A DNA stretch of 64,000 bases. Source: a virus. Shown in pieces: positions 1-9,308 of the stretch (within the stretch, counting starts at the first letter, position 1; every line of letters begins with the position of its first letter). The stretch lies in the UHGV virus genome UHGV-1359874, one strand, 5' to 3'. Below the pieces are notes generated by a model. It saw only the letters and a program-made list of their open reading frames with translations. It ran no database searches and was not told the origin of the DNA. The position numbers and the translations under genes are program-made.

Positions 1-2
1 GA

Positions 3-1544
3 ATGACTTCAGGAGCTCTCCTTATCAATTATTTATACGAGCTATTTCCATCTTGGACCACCGCACATATTCACTGGTTAATGCACAATGGAAAACAGCA
101 TGGATTGAACGATCATATGACCACTCTCCGCAATAGTAATTATAAACTAGTCATATGCCCAGATTCTGCAAGTAATGATTATGATTGTCATTCAGAATTA
201 AAACAGTTAGGTATTACCACTCTTGTTTTAGATCATCACTTAGCTGATAAAATTAGCGAAGATGCAATTATTATAAATAATCAATTAAGTAATTATCCTA
301 ATAAAGAAGCAAGTGGTGTTTGTGTAACTTGGCAATTTTGTCGATATTTAGATAGTTTACTTTCTACTGATTATGCAGATAATTATCGAGATTTAGTTGC
401 TCTTGGTCTAGATGCAGATATGATGAGTCTTCGATCTTTTGAAACACGATACCTGATTTTTGACGGTTTTAAACGAAGCCGCATCAAAAATCCATTTATT
501 GATTATATGCTTGACAAAAATGATTTTCCTTTATCTAAATCAGATTATGTAAGTTCAAAAGAAGGTCAAGCTTGCACAAGTATTGGAGCCGCTTTCTTTA
601 TAGTTCCTTTTGTTAATGCAGTTACTCGTATTGGAACTGCTGAAGAAAAAGAATTAATTTTTGAATCAATGCTTAGTCATTTGGCGTTTCAAAAAATACC
701 TGAAATTAAGCGAAATAAGCTTACAGGTAAAGAAGAATATTTAGTTTTACAAGCTGTCAGAGTTATCGGAAATGTTAAAAATCGACAAACCCGAGAAGAA
801 ACAAAGGGTTTAGAAAATTTAGAATCTAAAATTCAAGAGTATAATATGCTTGAACATGGTGCATTAGTTTTCTTACTTGAACCAGGTGAAGTTGATGCTG
901 GTGTTCGCGGTTTAATTGCAAATAAGCTAATGGCTAAATATCAAAAGCCCTGTATCATTATGACAGATGGCGGCGATACATATGATGGTTCAATGCGTGG
1001 TTATACCAAAAATGGATTAGATGATTTCAAGGCTTTACTTGAGAAATGTCCTGGTGTGAGGTACGTCCAAGGACATAGCAATGCCGCGGGTATTTCTGTA
1101 TATAAGGCTCAGCTAGATGATTTTTTAACGGCCCTTGATAATAAAACCGCTGAATATCCTTCAAATCCACTTTATCGAATTGATTATTACTTTAAAGAAG
1201 GAATTAATCTTAATTCTGCACCAAATAAAATTCTCAACATTGCCGCAATGAATGATTTCTGGGGTCAGGATATAGACCGTGCATATGTGGGAATTAGATG
1301 TAAGATTACTTCAAATAATTTAACAGTTATGAAATCTAACACTTTAAAAATTTCATTAAATAATAATCTTTCTTTAATTAAGTTTAATGCAACAGATGAT
1401 GAAATTGAGCAACTATCTACTCAAGGATGGATTGAGATTGATGCCTATTGTAAATGTAATTGTAATGAATGGAATGGAAATAGTTACCCGCAATTAATTA
1501 TCAAGGATTATGAAATTATAGATAGTTGCAAATATATGTTTTGA
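3..1544 (+). CDS. DHH-family phosphoesterase / RecJ-like ssDNA exonuclease; likely 5'-truncated by the window edge
   Basis: DHH motif 'LVLDHH' and DHHA1-like 'QGHSNAAG' motif in the translation. The ORF begins 2 nt into the window, so upstream motifs I/II are probably missing. Confidence 0.55.
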   Translation: MTSGALLINYLYELFPSWTTAHIHWLMHNGKQHGLNDHMTTLRNSNYKLVICPDSASNDYDCHSELKQLGITTLVLDHHLADKISEDAIIINNQLSNYPNKEASGVCVTWQFCRYLDSLLSTDYADNYRDLVALGLDADMMSLRSFETRYLIFDGFKRSRIKNPFIDYMLDKNDFPLSKSDYVSSKEGQACTSIGAAFFIVPFVNAVTRIGTAEEKELIFESMLSHLAFQKIPEIKRNKLTGKEEYLVLQAVRVIGNVKNRQTREETKGLENLESKIQEYNMLEHGALVFLLEPGEVDAGVRGLIANKLMAKYQKPCIIMTDGGDTYDGSMRGYTKNGLDDFKALLEKCPGVRYVQGHSNAAGISVYKAQLDDFLTALDNKTAEYPSNPLYRIDYYFKEGINLNSAPNKILNIAAMNDFWGQDIDRAYVGIRCKITSNNLTVMKSNTLKISLNNNLSLIKFNATDDEIEQLSTQGWIEIDAYCKCNCNEWNGNSYPQLIIKDYEIIDSCKYMF

Positions 1545-1626
1545 TAGCTAACTCCTTGGGCGGCTAACCATAGAGATTTTAAATTGAAAGTCAATTTAGT
1601 AATTTTTCGAGTAAAAATGCTAAATT

Positions 1627-1655
1627 GACTTCTTTTTTAAAAAATGGTATAATAA
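1627..1655 (+). promoter_or_regulatory. sigma70-like promoter TTGACT-N17-TGgTATAAT
   Basis: ttgact, 17-nt spacer, tataat with an extended -10 TG, about 25 nt upstream of the RBS ggagga of ORF 1679. The same architecture recurs at 4893 and 13113. Confidence 0.5.
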
Positions 1656-1678
1656 AATAGAATAGAAAAGGAGGATAT

Positions 1679-1981
1679 ATGTATATGACAGATAAAATTA
1701 AAGAAATGTATAATCAGCTAAATACTGTTGTATTAAATAAAGATGATTTAAATAATTTGATTAGTGAAAGAAACGATTGGGGTTATGATGCACTTTGTCT
1801 TCGTTACCAAGAATTAATTAATGAAATTGTTTATTTGAAAACATTTAGCAAAGAAGCAAAAGAAAAAGGTCACTATGGAGATTATGAATATTATAAGCAG
1901 TCCTATAGTATGCGAGCAGTTCGTTTTTATCAAGAACTAGATCGTTTTGTTGGTGGATTACATAATGATAAGATGTTATAA
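1679..1981 (+). CDS. hypothetical protein (100 aa)
   Basis: ORF with a strong RBS (aaaggagga) and a promoter just upstream. No recognisable motifs. Confidence 0.4.
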   Translation: MYMTDKIKEMYNQLNTVVLNKDDLNNLISERNDWGYDALCLRYQELINEIVYLKTFSKEAKEKGHYGDYEYYKQSYSMRAVRFYQELDRFVGGLHNDKML

Positions 1982-2126
1982 ACTTAATCCTCACGATGTT
2001 TTTACAATTTGGTGGACAGATGAAAAATACCTTATTGGATACTAATCGTAATTCATAAAACATTTTATAAAAGAATTTGGTATAAACCTAAAACTTGGTT
2101 TCAAAAATGTTATAAAGTAGAGTATA

Positions 2127-3332
2127 TTGGAGAGAAAAAATACAATGCAATTAACAACTAAACAAGAGTTAGGATTAAAGCTCGCGGTGTCTCGATATAA
2201 ACATGGAGAAAAATTCACTGTTATCAGTGGATATGCTGGTTCTGGCAAGAGCACTCTAGTTAAGTTTATCATTGATGCTATTGGACTTCCACATGATGAT
2301 ATTTGTTACGCCGCATATACTGGTAAAGCAAGTGAAGTACTCCGAAAAAAGGGTAATCCAAATGCAATGACACTTCATAAATTATTGTATGATAGTAGAC
2401 CTTTACCTAATGGCGGTTTTATTAGAACAAAGAAAATTAAAATTGAATATAAACTTGTTGTGGTTGATGAATGTTCAATGGTTCCTCAAGAGATGGTTGA
2501 ACAGCTCGCAGGCTACTATGGAGTCTATGTAATTTACCTTGGAGATCCTGGGCAAATTCCGCCTATCGACCCAAGTACCGCGAATCATCTTCTGGCTAAT
2601 CCACACGTTTTCTTGGATGAAATTATGCGGCAGGCGCAAGAAAGTGAAATTATTAGACTTTCTATGAAAATTCGTAATGGTGAAGATTTTAGTTTATTTG
2701 ATGGTAAAGATGCAAAAGTAATCACTTATGATGATTTGAATACTGGTATGCTCACTTGGGCGGATATTATTCTTAGTGCGACCAATAGAACAAGACACGA
2801 GATTAATATGCAGATGCGGGAACTCACTGGACATCTTGAAGGTAAACCAGTCGATGGTGATAAAGTAATCTGTACCCGTAACTATTGGGAAGAGCTTGGC
2901 TCAGATGAAAATCCGCTTATTAATGGTAGTATTGGATATTTGAAGGATACTTATGCAAGTTATATTAAGTATCCTAGACGTGTTAAGCGGACTTGGTTGA
3001 ATATCAATAAAAATCCTGTTGAAACACTTTGCGGCAGCTTCATCAGTGAAACTGGTGAGATCTATGAGAATAAGCAGCTCGATCTTGAAATGTTTTCAAC
3101 TGGCAAACCGCAGCTAGATTCAAAGTCAGAATTTATTCTGCATAGGACTAAGTTTAGTACACCTCTTCAGTTTGAGTATGGCTACTGCGTGACTGGTCAC
3201 AAGGCGCAGGGTAGTGAGTGGGATAAGGTACTGATACTGGAAGAAAGATTTCCATTTGACAAGGAAGAACATCAACGTTGGCTCTATACAGCTTGTACTC
3301 GTGCTTCTTCTCGACTCGTTCTAGTTCGATAA
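2127..3332 (+). CDS. SF1 DNA helicase, Dda/RecD-like
   Basis: Walker A 'GYAGSGKST', Walker B 'VVVDECSM', and C-terminal motifs 'TGHKAQGSEW' and 'YTACTRA', typical of RecD/Dda-family helicases. Confidence 0.75.
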   Translation: MERKNTMQLTTKQELGLKLAVSRYKHGEKFTVISGYAGSGKSTLVKFIIDAIGLPHDDICYAAYTGKASEVLRKKGNPNAMTLHKLLYDSRPLPNGGFIRTKKIKIEYKLVVVDECSMVPQEMVEQLAGYYGVYVIYLGDPGQIPPIDPSTANHLLANPHVFLDEIMRQAQESEIIRLSMKIRNGEDFSLFDGKDAKVITYDDLNTGMLTWADIILSATNRTRHEINMQMRELTGHLEGKPVDGDKVICTRNYWEELGSDENPLINGSIGYLKDTYASYIKYPRRVKRTWLNINKNPVETLCGSFISETGEIYENKQLDLEMFSTGKPQLDSKSEFILHRTKFSTPLQFEYGYCVTGHKAQGSEWDKVLILEERFPFDKEEHQRWLYTACTRASSRLVLVR

Positions 3333-3406
3333 TAATTGGACATTTTTATTTAATGCTCTTGTTATTATTTTTAAATACTATAACAAGAGCAAAGGAGAAG
3401 ATACGT

Positions 3407-4375
3407 ATGTCAGAAATAGATAACTATAAACAAATTCCAGTAGGAAGAGGAAAAGATTATTCTAATCAAAGAATAGGAGATTTTTTGATCTTTTTCCGAA
3501 CTGAACCACCAAAAGATAAAAACCCGAATAATGCTTATTGGCTTTGTCAATGTCAAAAATGTAAAAAATATGAAATCATTCAAGCTCCAAGAATAAGTAA
3601 AGGTATTATGAAATGTTCTTGTAGAAATGATTTAACTGGAAAAACTTTTGGAAGATGGACAGTACAATATTTATGTGAACAAAAAACAAAAAAGAGAGGG
3701 AATCTTTGGCATTGTAAATGTTTATGCGGAAATGAAAAAGACGTTCCTGCTGAAACCCTTGCACGAGGAGAGAGCCAGAGTTGTGGCTGTCTTCATAGAG
3801 AATCTGTTATAAAAATGTGCCATTCAAATAGAATTAATTTAACAGGGCAACGTTTTGGGAAACTAATTGCTTTATATCCGATTTATAGTAAAGAAAAAAA
3901 TACTCATACTAAATGGCATTGCAAATGTGACTGTGGGAATGAGTGTGATATAGATATGGGCAATCTTCGTAGTGGAAAAAGTCAGTCTTGTGGATGCACT
4001 AATTCTAAGCAAGAAGAAAAAATAATTAAATTACTTATTGAAAACAATATTTCTTTTAATTATCAAGATAATAATTTTTTAGATAAAAGTAAAAAATTTG
4101 ATTTTTATATAAAAGAAAATTTAAATGAATATATTATTGAATTTGATGGTCAACAACATTTCTTTTATACTGGAACTGGATGGGACACAAAAGAACACTA
4201 TGAAAGAACTCATAAAAACGATTTGATTAAAAATAAATATTGCTTTGATAATAGTATCCCATTAATTCGTATTCCATATGATGCAGAATATACAATAGAT
4301 GATTTAAGACTTGAAACAACAAGGTTTCTTTTAACACCTGAGAATGAAGAAGAATATTATTCCAAGAGGATGTAA
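3407..4375 (+). CDS. free-standing homing-endonuclease-like protein: tandem Cys-rich modules plus a C-terminal Vsr/DUF559-like (PD-(D/E)XK) nuclease domain
   Basis: Two repeats of 'LTGxxFGxLxV...WxCKCxCGNE...SGxSQSCGC'. C-terminus 'FDFYI...IEFDGQQHF...IPLIRIPY' resembles DUF559/Vsr endonuclease cores. The true start is probably the ATG at 3407 (RBS aaggagaag), not the 3278 start in the ORF track. It is a paralog of 14573..15574. Confidence 0.6.
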   Translation: MSEIDNYKQIPVGRGKDYSNQRIGDFLIFFRTEPPKDKNPNNAYWLCQCQKCKKYEIIQAPRISKGIMKCSCRNDLTGKTFGRWTVQYLCEQKTKKRGNLWHCKCLCGNEKDVPAETLARGESQSCGCLHRESVIKMCHSNRINLTGQRFGKLIALYPIYSKEKNTHTKWHCKCDCGNECDIDMGNLRSGKSQSCGCTNSKQEEKIIKLLIENNISFNYQDNNFLDKSKKFDFYIKENLNEYIIEFDGQQHFFYTGTGWDTKEHYERTHKNDLIKNKYCFDNSIPLIRIPYDAEYTIDDLRLETTRFLLTPENEEEYYSKRM

Positions 4376-4377
4376 AT

Positions 4378-4875
4378 ATGAAACTAGCTCTAAGCTATTT
4401 CTACCAAATCCGCAACTTTAAGCCGTACATGATTCCAGTCTCTACGGCGTTCGGAGATCCAGCCTGGTTCCATGCAGGTCTAGGTAAAACTTACAATTAC
4501 TTAGATAAAAGAGGAGTAGTAAATGGACTCCGTTGTGAAGAATTACATGGAGATAATTCATGTAATAGTGAAGTTGAAGTTACTTGTCCATGTGAATATC
4601 ATAAAGTTGGGTATCCAGGCGGGTGCCCAGCTATGGCAGAGTATCGCCAACACCTTGAAGAATTAGACCTAGATTCTTTTATAAATCGAGCTAATACTGC
4701 CGCAAATGATATTAAAACCCACCTAAGATTTAAAGAAGAACCAATAATTGTATTGATGGTTCATGAAGCACCAGATAATCCATGTAGTGAACGTCAATCA
4801 TTATTAGATTATTTTAATTCTCATAACATACCTCTTGAAGAATTAAAATATCCAATAAGTGAAAATTATATCTAA
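4378..4875 (+). CDS. hypothetical protein (165 aa); start codon lies 3 nt after the upstream endonuclease stop
   Basis: ORF only. The Cys/His pattern 'CPCEYHK...GGCP' may bind metal. No confident family assignment. Confidence 0.4.
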   Translation: MKLALSYFYQIRNFKPYMIPVSTAFGDPAWFHAGLGKTYNYLDKRGVVNGLRCEELHGDNSCNSEVEVTCPCEYHKVGYPGGCPAMAEYRQHLEELDLDSFINRANTAANDIKTHLRFKEEPIIVLMVHEAPDNPCSERQSLLDYFNSHNIPLEELKYPISENYI

Positions 4876-4892
4876 ATATAGTATTTTCTATT

Positions 4893-4921
4893 GATTTGTA
4901 GCAATATATATGGTATAATAT
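4893..4921 (+). promoter_or_regulatory. sigma70-like promoter TTGATT-N17-TGgTATAAT upstream of the polymerase gene
   Basis: ttgatt, 17-nt spacer, tataat, with an extended -10. RBS aagggagg follows before the ATG at 4953. Confidence 0.5.
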
Positions 4922-4952
4922 AATAAGAAAAGATAAAGGGAGGTTTAGGTAA

Positions 4953-7900
4953 ATGCAGCAGTATAAGCGAAGTGATATTCATAATCACTCTCGTTATTCA
5001 AATCTAAGATTGCGTGATGCGCTACCGAAGCCTAAAGATTTGATTGATAGAGCTATTGAATTAGGTCTCTCTGGCATTGCTCTGACCGATCATGAAGCAT
5101 TGAGTGGTCATGTCAAAGCAAATCAATACGCTCAAGAGATTAGAGAAAAATATCCAGATTTCAAAGTTATGCTTGGTAATGAAATTTATTTGGTTGATAA
5201 ACGTCCTAGTGATACTCATTACCATTTTATCCTTGTTGCAAAAGATATTGTTGGTCATAGACAGTTGAGAATTCTTTCAACTCTTGCTTGGCTGAATGGA
5301 TATTCTGCAAAAGGTCTATATAGAGTTGACACTTTAAAATCTGAGCTTGAAGAAGTAATTCGCAGCAACCCAGGTCATATTATTGCATCAACTGCGTGTA
5401 TTGGTAGCGAATTGGGTCAGTGTATTCTTGCTTTGACTGAAGCTGAAAAAGCACAAAATGAACAGGATAAAGAATATTGGCATAACCGCATTGTTAGTTA
5501 TATTCTTTGGCTAAAAGATTTATTCGGTGAAGATTTTTATATTGAAGCTCAACCAGGTGTATCAAAAGAGCAGTTGATTGTTAATCGCCGTATGGTTTCT
5601 ATTGCACATTGCTTCAATGTAAAAATGATTCCTACTTCTGATACACATTATTTGAAAAAGGAAGATAGATTAGTTCATAAAGCGTATCTCAATAGTGAAA
5701 ATAAAGAACGCGAAGTTGATGCTTTTTATCAGGATACTTTTCTTCATTCAAATGAAGAAATGATTGAGAAATTTGCTTTATCTGGTTATGATGAATTATT
5801 TGTACAAGAAATGTTTAAAAATTCAATGGAGATTTACAATAAAGTTGAATTTTATTCACTTGCACATTCTCAGCAGGTTCCAACAGTTGAAGTACCTTTT
5901 GTCGATAAAAAGTTGCCCCCTGCTTTTTTGAAAGATTATGAAAAACTTCAAGAGATGTATCAGTCTGACGATAAAGTTAATCGCTATTGGATTAATACTT
6001 GTATTGATAAGCTTCAAGAGCTAAATAAGCTTAATGCAGATTATCTTAATGAGCTAGAAGAAGAAGCAGAAGTTAAATATATTGTTGGTGAGCGGTTGCA
6101 CACTAATATGTTTAGTTATCCTATTACTCTTGCGCATTATATCAATAAAATTTGGGAATGCGGTTCCACCGTTGGTGCGGGCCGTGGTTCAGCTTGTGCA
6201 GCATTAAATCATTACCTTCTTGGCATCACTCAGCTAGACCCTATTGTGTGGGGTTTTCCTTTTTTCCGTTATATGAACCAGGACACGACTGAACTGGGCG
6301 ACATAGATATAGATGTGGCTCCGTCCAAAGTCCAGACAATAGTGAGCCAAATCCGCAAAGAGCGCGGTGAGAACTTTGATAAATCTATTACTAACCAGCT
6401 TATCCGCGATTCTTTAGGCGCAGTTTATGTTTGTACTTTTGGCACAGAATCAACCAAGTCCGCAATTCAAACCGCTTGTCGCGGTTATCGTAGTGAAGAA
6501 TATCCAGATGGAATTGATGTTGATACTTCTCAGTATCTATCTTCTCTTATCCCATCTGAGCGTGGATTCGTATGGAGTATAAATGACGTTATTTATGGTA
6601 ATAAAACAAAAGGAAGAAAACCAGTTCAGACTTTTATTAATGAAGTAAATCGTTATCCTGGTTTACTTGAAATTATTAAAGGTATTGATGGTTGTATTTC
6701 GCGGCGAGGTCGGCACGCATCTGGCGTAATTTTCGCAAATTCTGATCCATTTGAGTTTACCGCCTACATGAAAACACCTTCTGGCGAGATCATTACCCAG
6801 TACGACCTTCATGATCTGGAATATTGTGGCGGAGTGAAATTTGACATTCTAGTGACATCTGTTCAAGATAAACTTATCCAAACGATTGAATTGATGCAAG
6901 ATAATGGTGTTATTGAACCAGAGCTGAGTCTGCGTGAAGCATATAATAAGTATCTTCATCCAGATGTACTCCCAATTAATTCTGATAAGTGTACTTGGAA
7001 TACTATTCAGAACGCCGCAAGTTTGGATCTATTTCAGTTTGATTCTGATATTGGTAGACAAGGTGCAAAACGAGTAAAACCGCAAAATATGCAAGAGCTA
7101 AGTGCAACCAATGGTTTGATTCGTCTGATGACTACTGAACAAGGCGCAGAAACTTGGCTAGATAAATTCTGTCGATATAAGGCAGATCATAAAGAATTTG
7201 AGCGAGACACTGCAAAATATCATTTAACTGAACAGGATAAAATTGCTCTTGGTGAATATCTTAATAGTACTTATGGTATTGGTATTTCTCAGGAACAAAT
7301 GATGCGGGTTCTTATGGATACTAGAATTTGCGGTTTCAGCTTGAAAGAAGCAAACGCTGCAAGACGTGTTATTTCAAAGAAAAAAATGGATAAAATTCCC
7401 GCTTTGAAAGAACAAATTTTCGCAACCGCAAAGCATGAGGGCCTAGCTCAATACATTTGGGATTTCGTTGTTGGTCCAGGTACTGGTTATGCTTTTTCAG
7501 ACATTCACTCAACCTCTTACAGTTTCATTGGGTTTCAGACTGCATATCTTGCAACTCATTGGAATCCTATTTTTTGGAATACAGCTTGTCTGATTGTAAA
7601 TAGTGGTTCACTTGAATCTAATTTAGCAGCAAATGAAAAAGAAAATGGAACAGATTATATTAAACTTGCTAAAGCTATTGGAGCAATTCGTTCTAGTGGT
7701 ATTGCAGTTTCTCTTGTTGATATTAATCATTCTGATTATGGCTTTAAGCCAGATGTAAAGAATAATATCATTCGTTTTGGTCTTAAAGGATTGAACAGTG
7801 TAAATATGGATGTAATTGATGAAATTATTCATCATCGTCCATATACGGGAATTGTTGATTTTATGAATCGCTGTCCAATGAAAAAAACTGTTATGATTTC

Positions 7901-8885
7901 TCTTATTAAGTCTGGCGCATTTGATGAACTTGATGAGCATTGGGCAAAAGTAGTTAATCCTGAACCTCGTTACGCAATTATGGGTTATTACATTTCAAAA
8001 ATTTCTGAGCCTAAAAAAAGACTTACAATGCAGAATTTCAATGGATTAATTCAGAAGAATCTGTTGCCGCAAGATTTAAACTTTGAAATTAGAGTATTTA
8101 ACTTTAATAAATATCTTAAAGCATATTGTAAAAAAGGTTCTTATTTTATCTTTGATGACTCTTGCATGAAGTTTTATTCTGAATTTTTTGATATGGATAA
8201 GATAAATGTGATTAATGGTATTAATTGTATTAATCAAAATACTTGGAAAAAGATTTATGACTCAGCGATGGCTAAAGCAAAAGAATGGTTGAAGGAGCAT
8301 CAAGAGGAAACATTAGCAGCTATGAATGAGGCATTATTTGTGGAATGCTGGAATAAATATGCTACTGGTAATATTTCTTCTTGGGAAATGGATAGTTTAT
8401 GTTTCTATTATCATCCACATGAATTAATTAATGTAGATAAAAATAAATATGGAATTGTTGATTTTGATAATCTGTCGCCGCAATCTGATGTTGATTATTA
8501 TTTCAAACGTAACGGTAGAGAAATTCCTGTTTATAAGATTTATCGCATTATTGGTACAGTAATTGGTAAGAATGATACTCGTTCTTCTATTTCACTTTTA
8601 ACAACAAGCGGCGTTGTTAATGTAAAGTTTACTAAAGAATATTATGCAATGGCAAATCGCCAAATTTCTCAGGTAAATCCTGATGGAACGAAGTCTATTA
8701 TTGAAAAGAGCTGGTTCAGACGCGGTTCTCGCATTCTTGTAGCTGGTTATCGGCGGGATGATACATTTACCGCAAAAACATATAGCAAAACTATTGGGCA
8801 TCAGTTATATTTGATTACTAATGTTAAAGGAAAGGATATTGAATTAAAGTATGGCAGAGCAGGTCAAGAAGAAGATGAAGGGTGA
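4953..8885 (+). CDS. DnaE-type (family C) DNA polymerase III alpha-like replicative polymerase
   Basis: N-terminal PHP domain ('DIHNHSRYS', 'LTDHEALSGH'). Palm motif 'GSTVGAGRGSACAALNHYLLGITQLDP' matches DnaE 'PGRGSAAGS..ALGIT..DP'. Length of 1310 aa is similar to SPbeta YorL. Confidence 0.85.
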   Translation: MQQYKRSDIHNHSRYSNLRLRDALPKPKDLIDRAIELGLSGIALTDHEALSGHVKANQYAQEIREKYPDFKVMLGNEIYLVDKRPSDTHYHFILVAKDIVGHRQLRILSTLAWLNGYSAKGLYRVDTLKSELEEVIRSNPGHIIASTACIGSELGQCILALTEAEKAQNEQDKEYWHNRIVSYILWLKDLFGEDFYIEAQPGVSKEQLIVNRRMVSIAHCFNVKMIPTSDTHYLKKEDRLVHKAYLNSENKEREVDAFYQDTFLHSNEEMIEKFALSGYDELFVQEMFKNSMEIYNKVEFYSLAHSQQVPTVEVPFVDKKLPPAFLKDYEKLQEMYQSDDKVNRYWINTCIDKLQELNKLNADYLNELEEEAEVKYIVGERLHTNMFSYPITLAHYINKIWECGSTVGAGRGSACAALNHYLLGITQLDPIVWGFPFFRYMNQDTTELGDIDIDVAPSKVQTIVSQIRKERGENFDKSITNQLIRDSLGAVYVCTFGTESTKSAIQTACRGYRSEEYPDGIDVDTSQYLSSLIPSERGFVWSINDVIYGNKTKGRKPVQTFINEVNRYPGLLEIIKGIDGCISRRGRHASGVIFANSDPFEFTAYMKTPSGEIITQYDLHDLEYCGGVKFDILVTSVQDKLIQTIELMQDNGVIEPELSLREAYNKYLHPDVLPINSDKCTWNTIQNAASLDLFQFDSDIGRQGAKRVKPQNMQELSATNGLIRLMTTEQGAETWLDKFCRYKADHKEFERDTAKYHLTEQDKIALGEYLNSTYGIGISQEQMMRVLMDTRICGFSLKEANAARRVISKKKMDKIPALKEQIFATAKHEGLAQYIWDFVVGPGTGYAFSDIHSTSYSFIGFQTAYLATHWNPIFWNTACLIVNSGSLESNLAANEKENGTDYIKLAKAIGAIRSSGIAVSLVDINHSDYGFKPDVKNNIIRFGLKGLNSVNMDVIDEIIHHRPYTGIVDFMNRCPMKKTVMISLIKSGAFDELDEHWAKVVNPEPRYAIMGYYISKISEPKKRLTMQNFNGLIQKNLLPQDLNFEIRVFNFNKYLKAYCKKGSYFIFDDSCMKFYSEFFDMDKINVINGINCINQNTWKKIYDSAMAKAKEWLKEHQEETLAAMNEALFVECWNKYATGNISSWEMDSLCFYYHPHELINVDKNKYGIVDFDNLSPQSDVDYYFKRNGREIPVYKIYRIIGTVIGKNDTRSSISLLTTSGVVNVKFTKEYYAMANRQISQVNPDGTKSIIEKSWFRRGSRILVAGYRRDDTFTAKTYSKTIGHQLYLITNVKGKDIELKYGRAGQEEDEG

Positions 8886-9216
8886 TCCTGTAAATCACCC
8901 TGCTCATTATGAACGCGAAGGTGCAATGGAGTGCATTGATGAGATGCTTTTGATATTTGGTAAAGAAGCAGTTATGAATTTTTGCTTATGTAATGCTTGG
9001 AAGTATCGGTATCGAGCTTCAGCTAAGAATGGAGACGAGGATTATTCCAAGAGTGACTGGTACTTACGAAAATATCGTGAGTTAAAAGAAGGAGTAAATA
9101 AGTCAGAAGCTCCTTCTCAAGAGGATCATGGTAAACTTAATGGTTTTTATGGTTATCCATCTTTTCCTAATGCAGGTTTGTCAACCACAAGTTTATCAAA
9201 TTATAATCCTAATTGA
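8851..9216 (+). CDS. DUF3310-like phage protein (hypothetical); overlaps the polymerase 3' end
   Basis: 'VNHPAHY...GAMECID' resembles the HPSHY/IE.ID signature I associate with DUF3310. Family recalled from memory, not verified. Confidence 0.35.
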   Translation: MAEQVKKKMKGDPVNHPAHYEREGAMECIDEMLLIFGKEAVMNFCLCNAWKYRYRASAKNGDEDYSKSDWYLRKYRELKEGVNKSEAPSQEDHGKLNGFYGYPSFPNAGLSTTSLSNYNPN

Positions 9217-9308
9217 ATAACAGAAAGTCATAATTGATTAATCTTATTAAAATAAAAATCATATATATTTAGTTCCTTAAACTAATTTATATATTTTAGG
9301 AGGTAAAT

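Noticed and set aside
3278-3406. Long N-terminal extension of the HEG-like ORF (start at 3278 in the ORF track) overlapping the helicase gene
   Set aside because: The extension translates to a hydrophobic, low-complexity peptide overlapping the helicase C-terminus and has no RBS. The ATG at 3407 has a good RBS and follows a hairpin, so the shorter gene model is preferred.
5061-5258. Antisense ORFs nested in large genes (e.g. 5061-5258, 7623-7940, 8598-8801, 9411-9692, 10701-10892, 36324-36686, 36380-36682, 41647-41940, 43163-43438, 54067-54805, 55872-56099)
   Set aside because: They are short, lack an RBS, are embedded opposite strongly supported coding regions, and have AT-rich low-complexity translations. 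They are typical spurious ORFs in AT-rich DNA.
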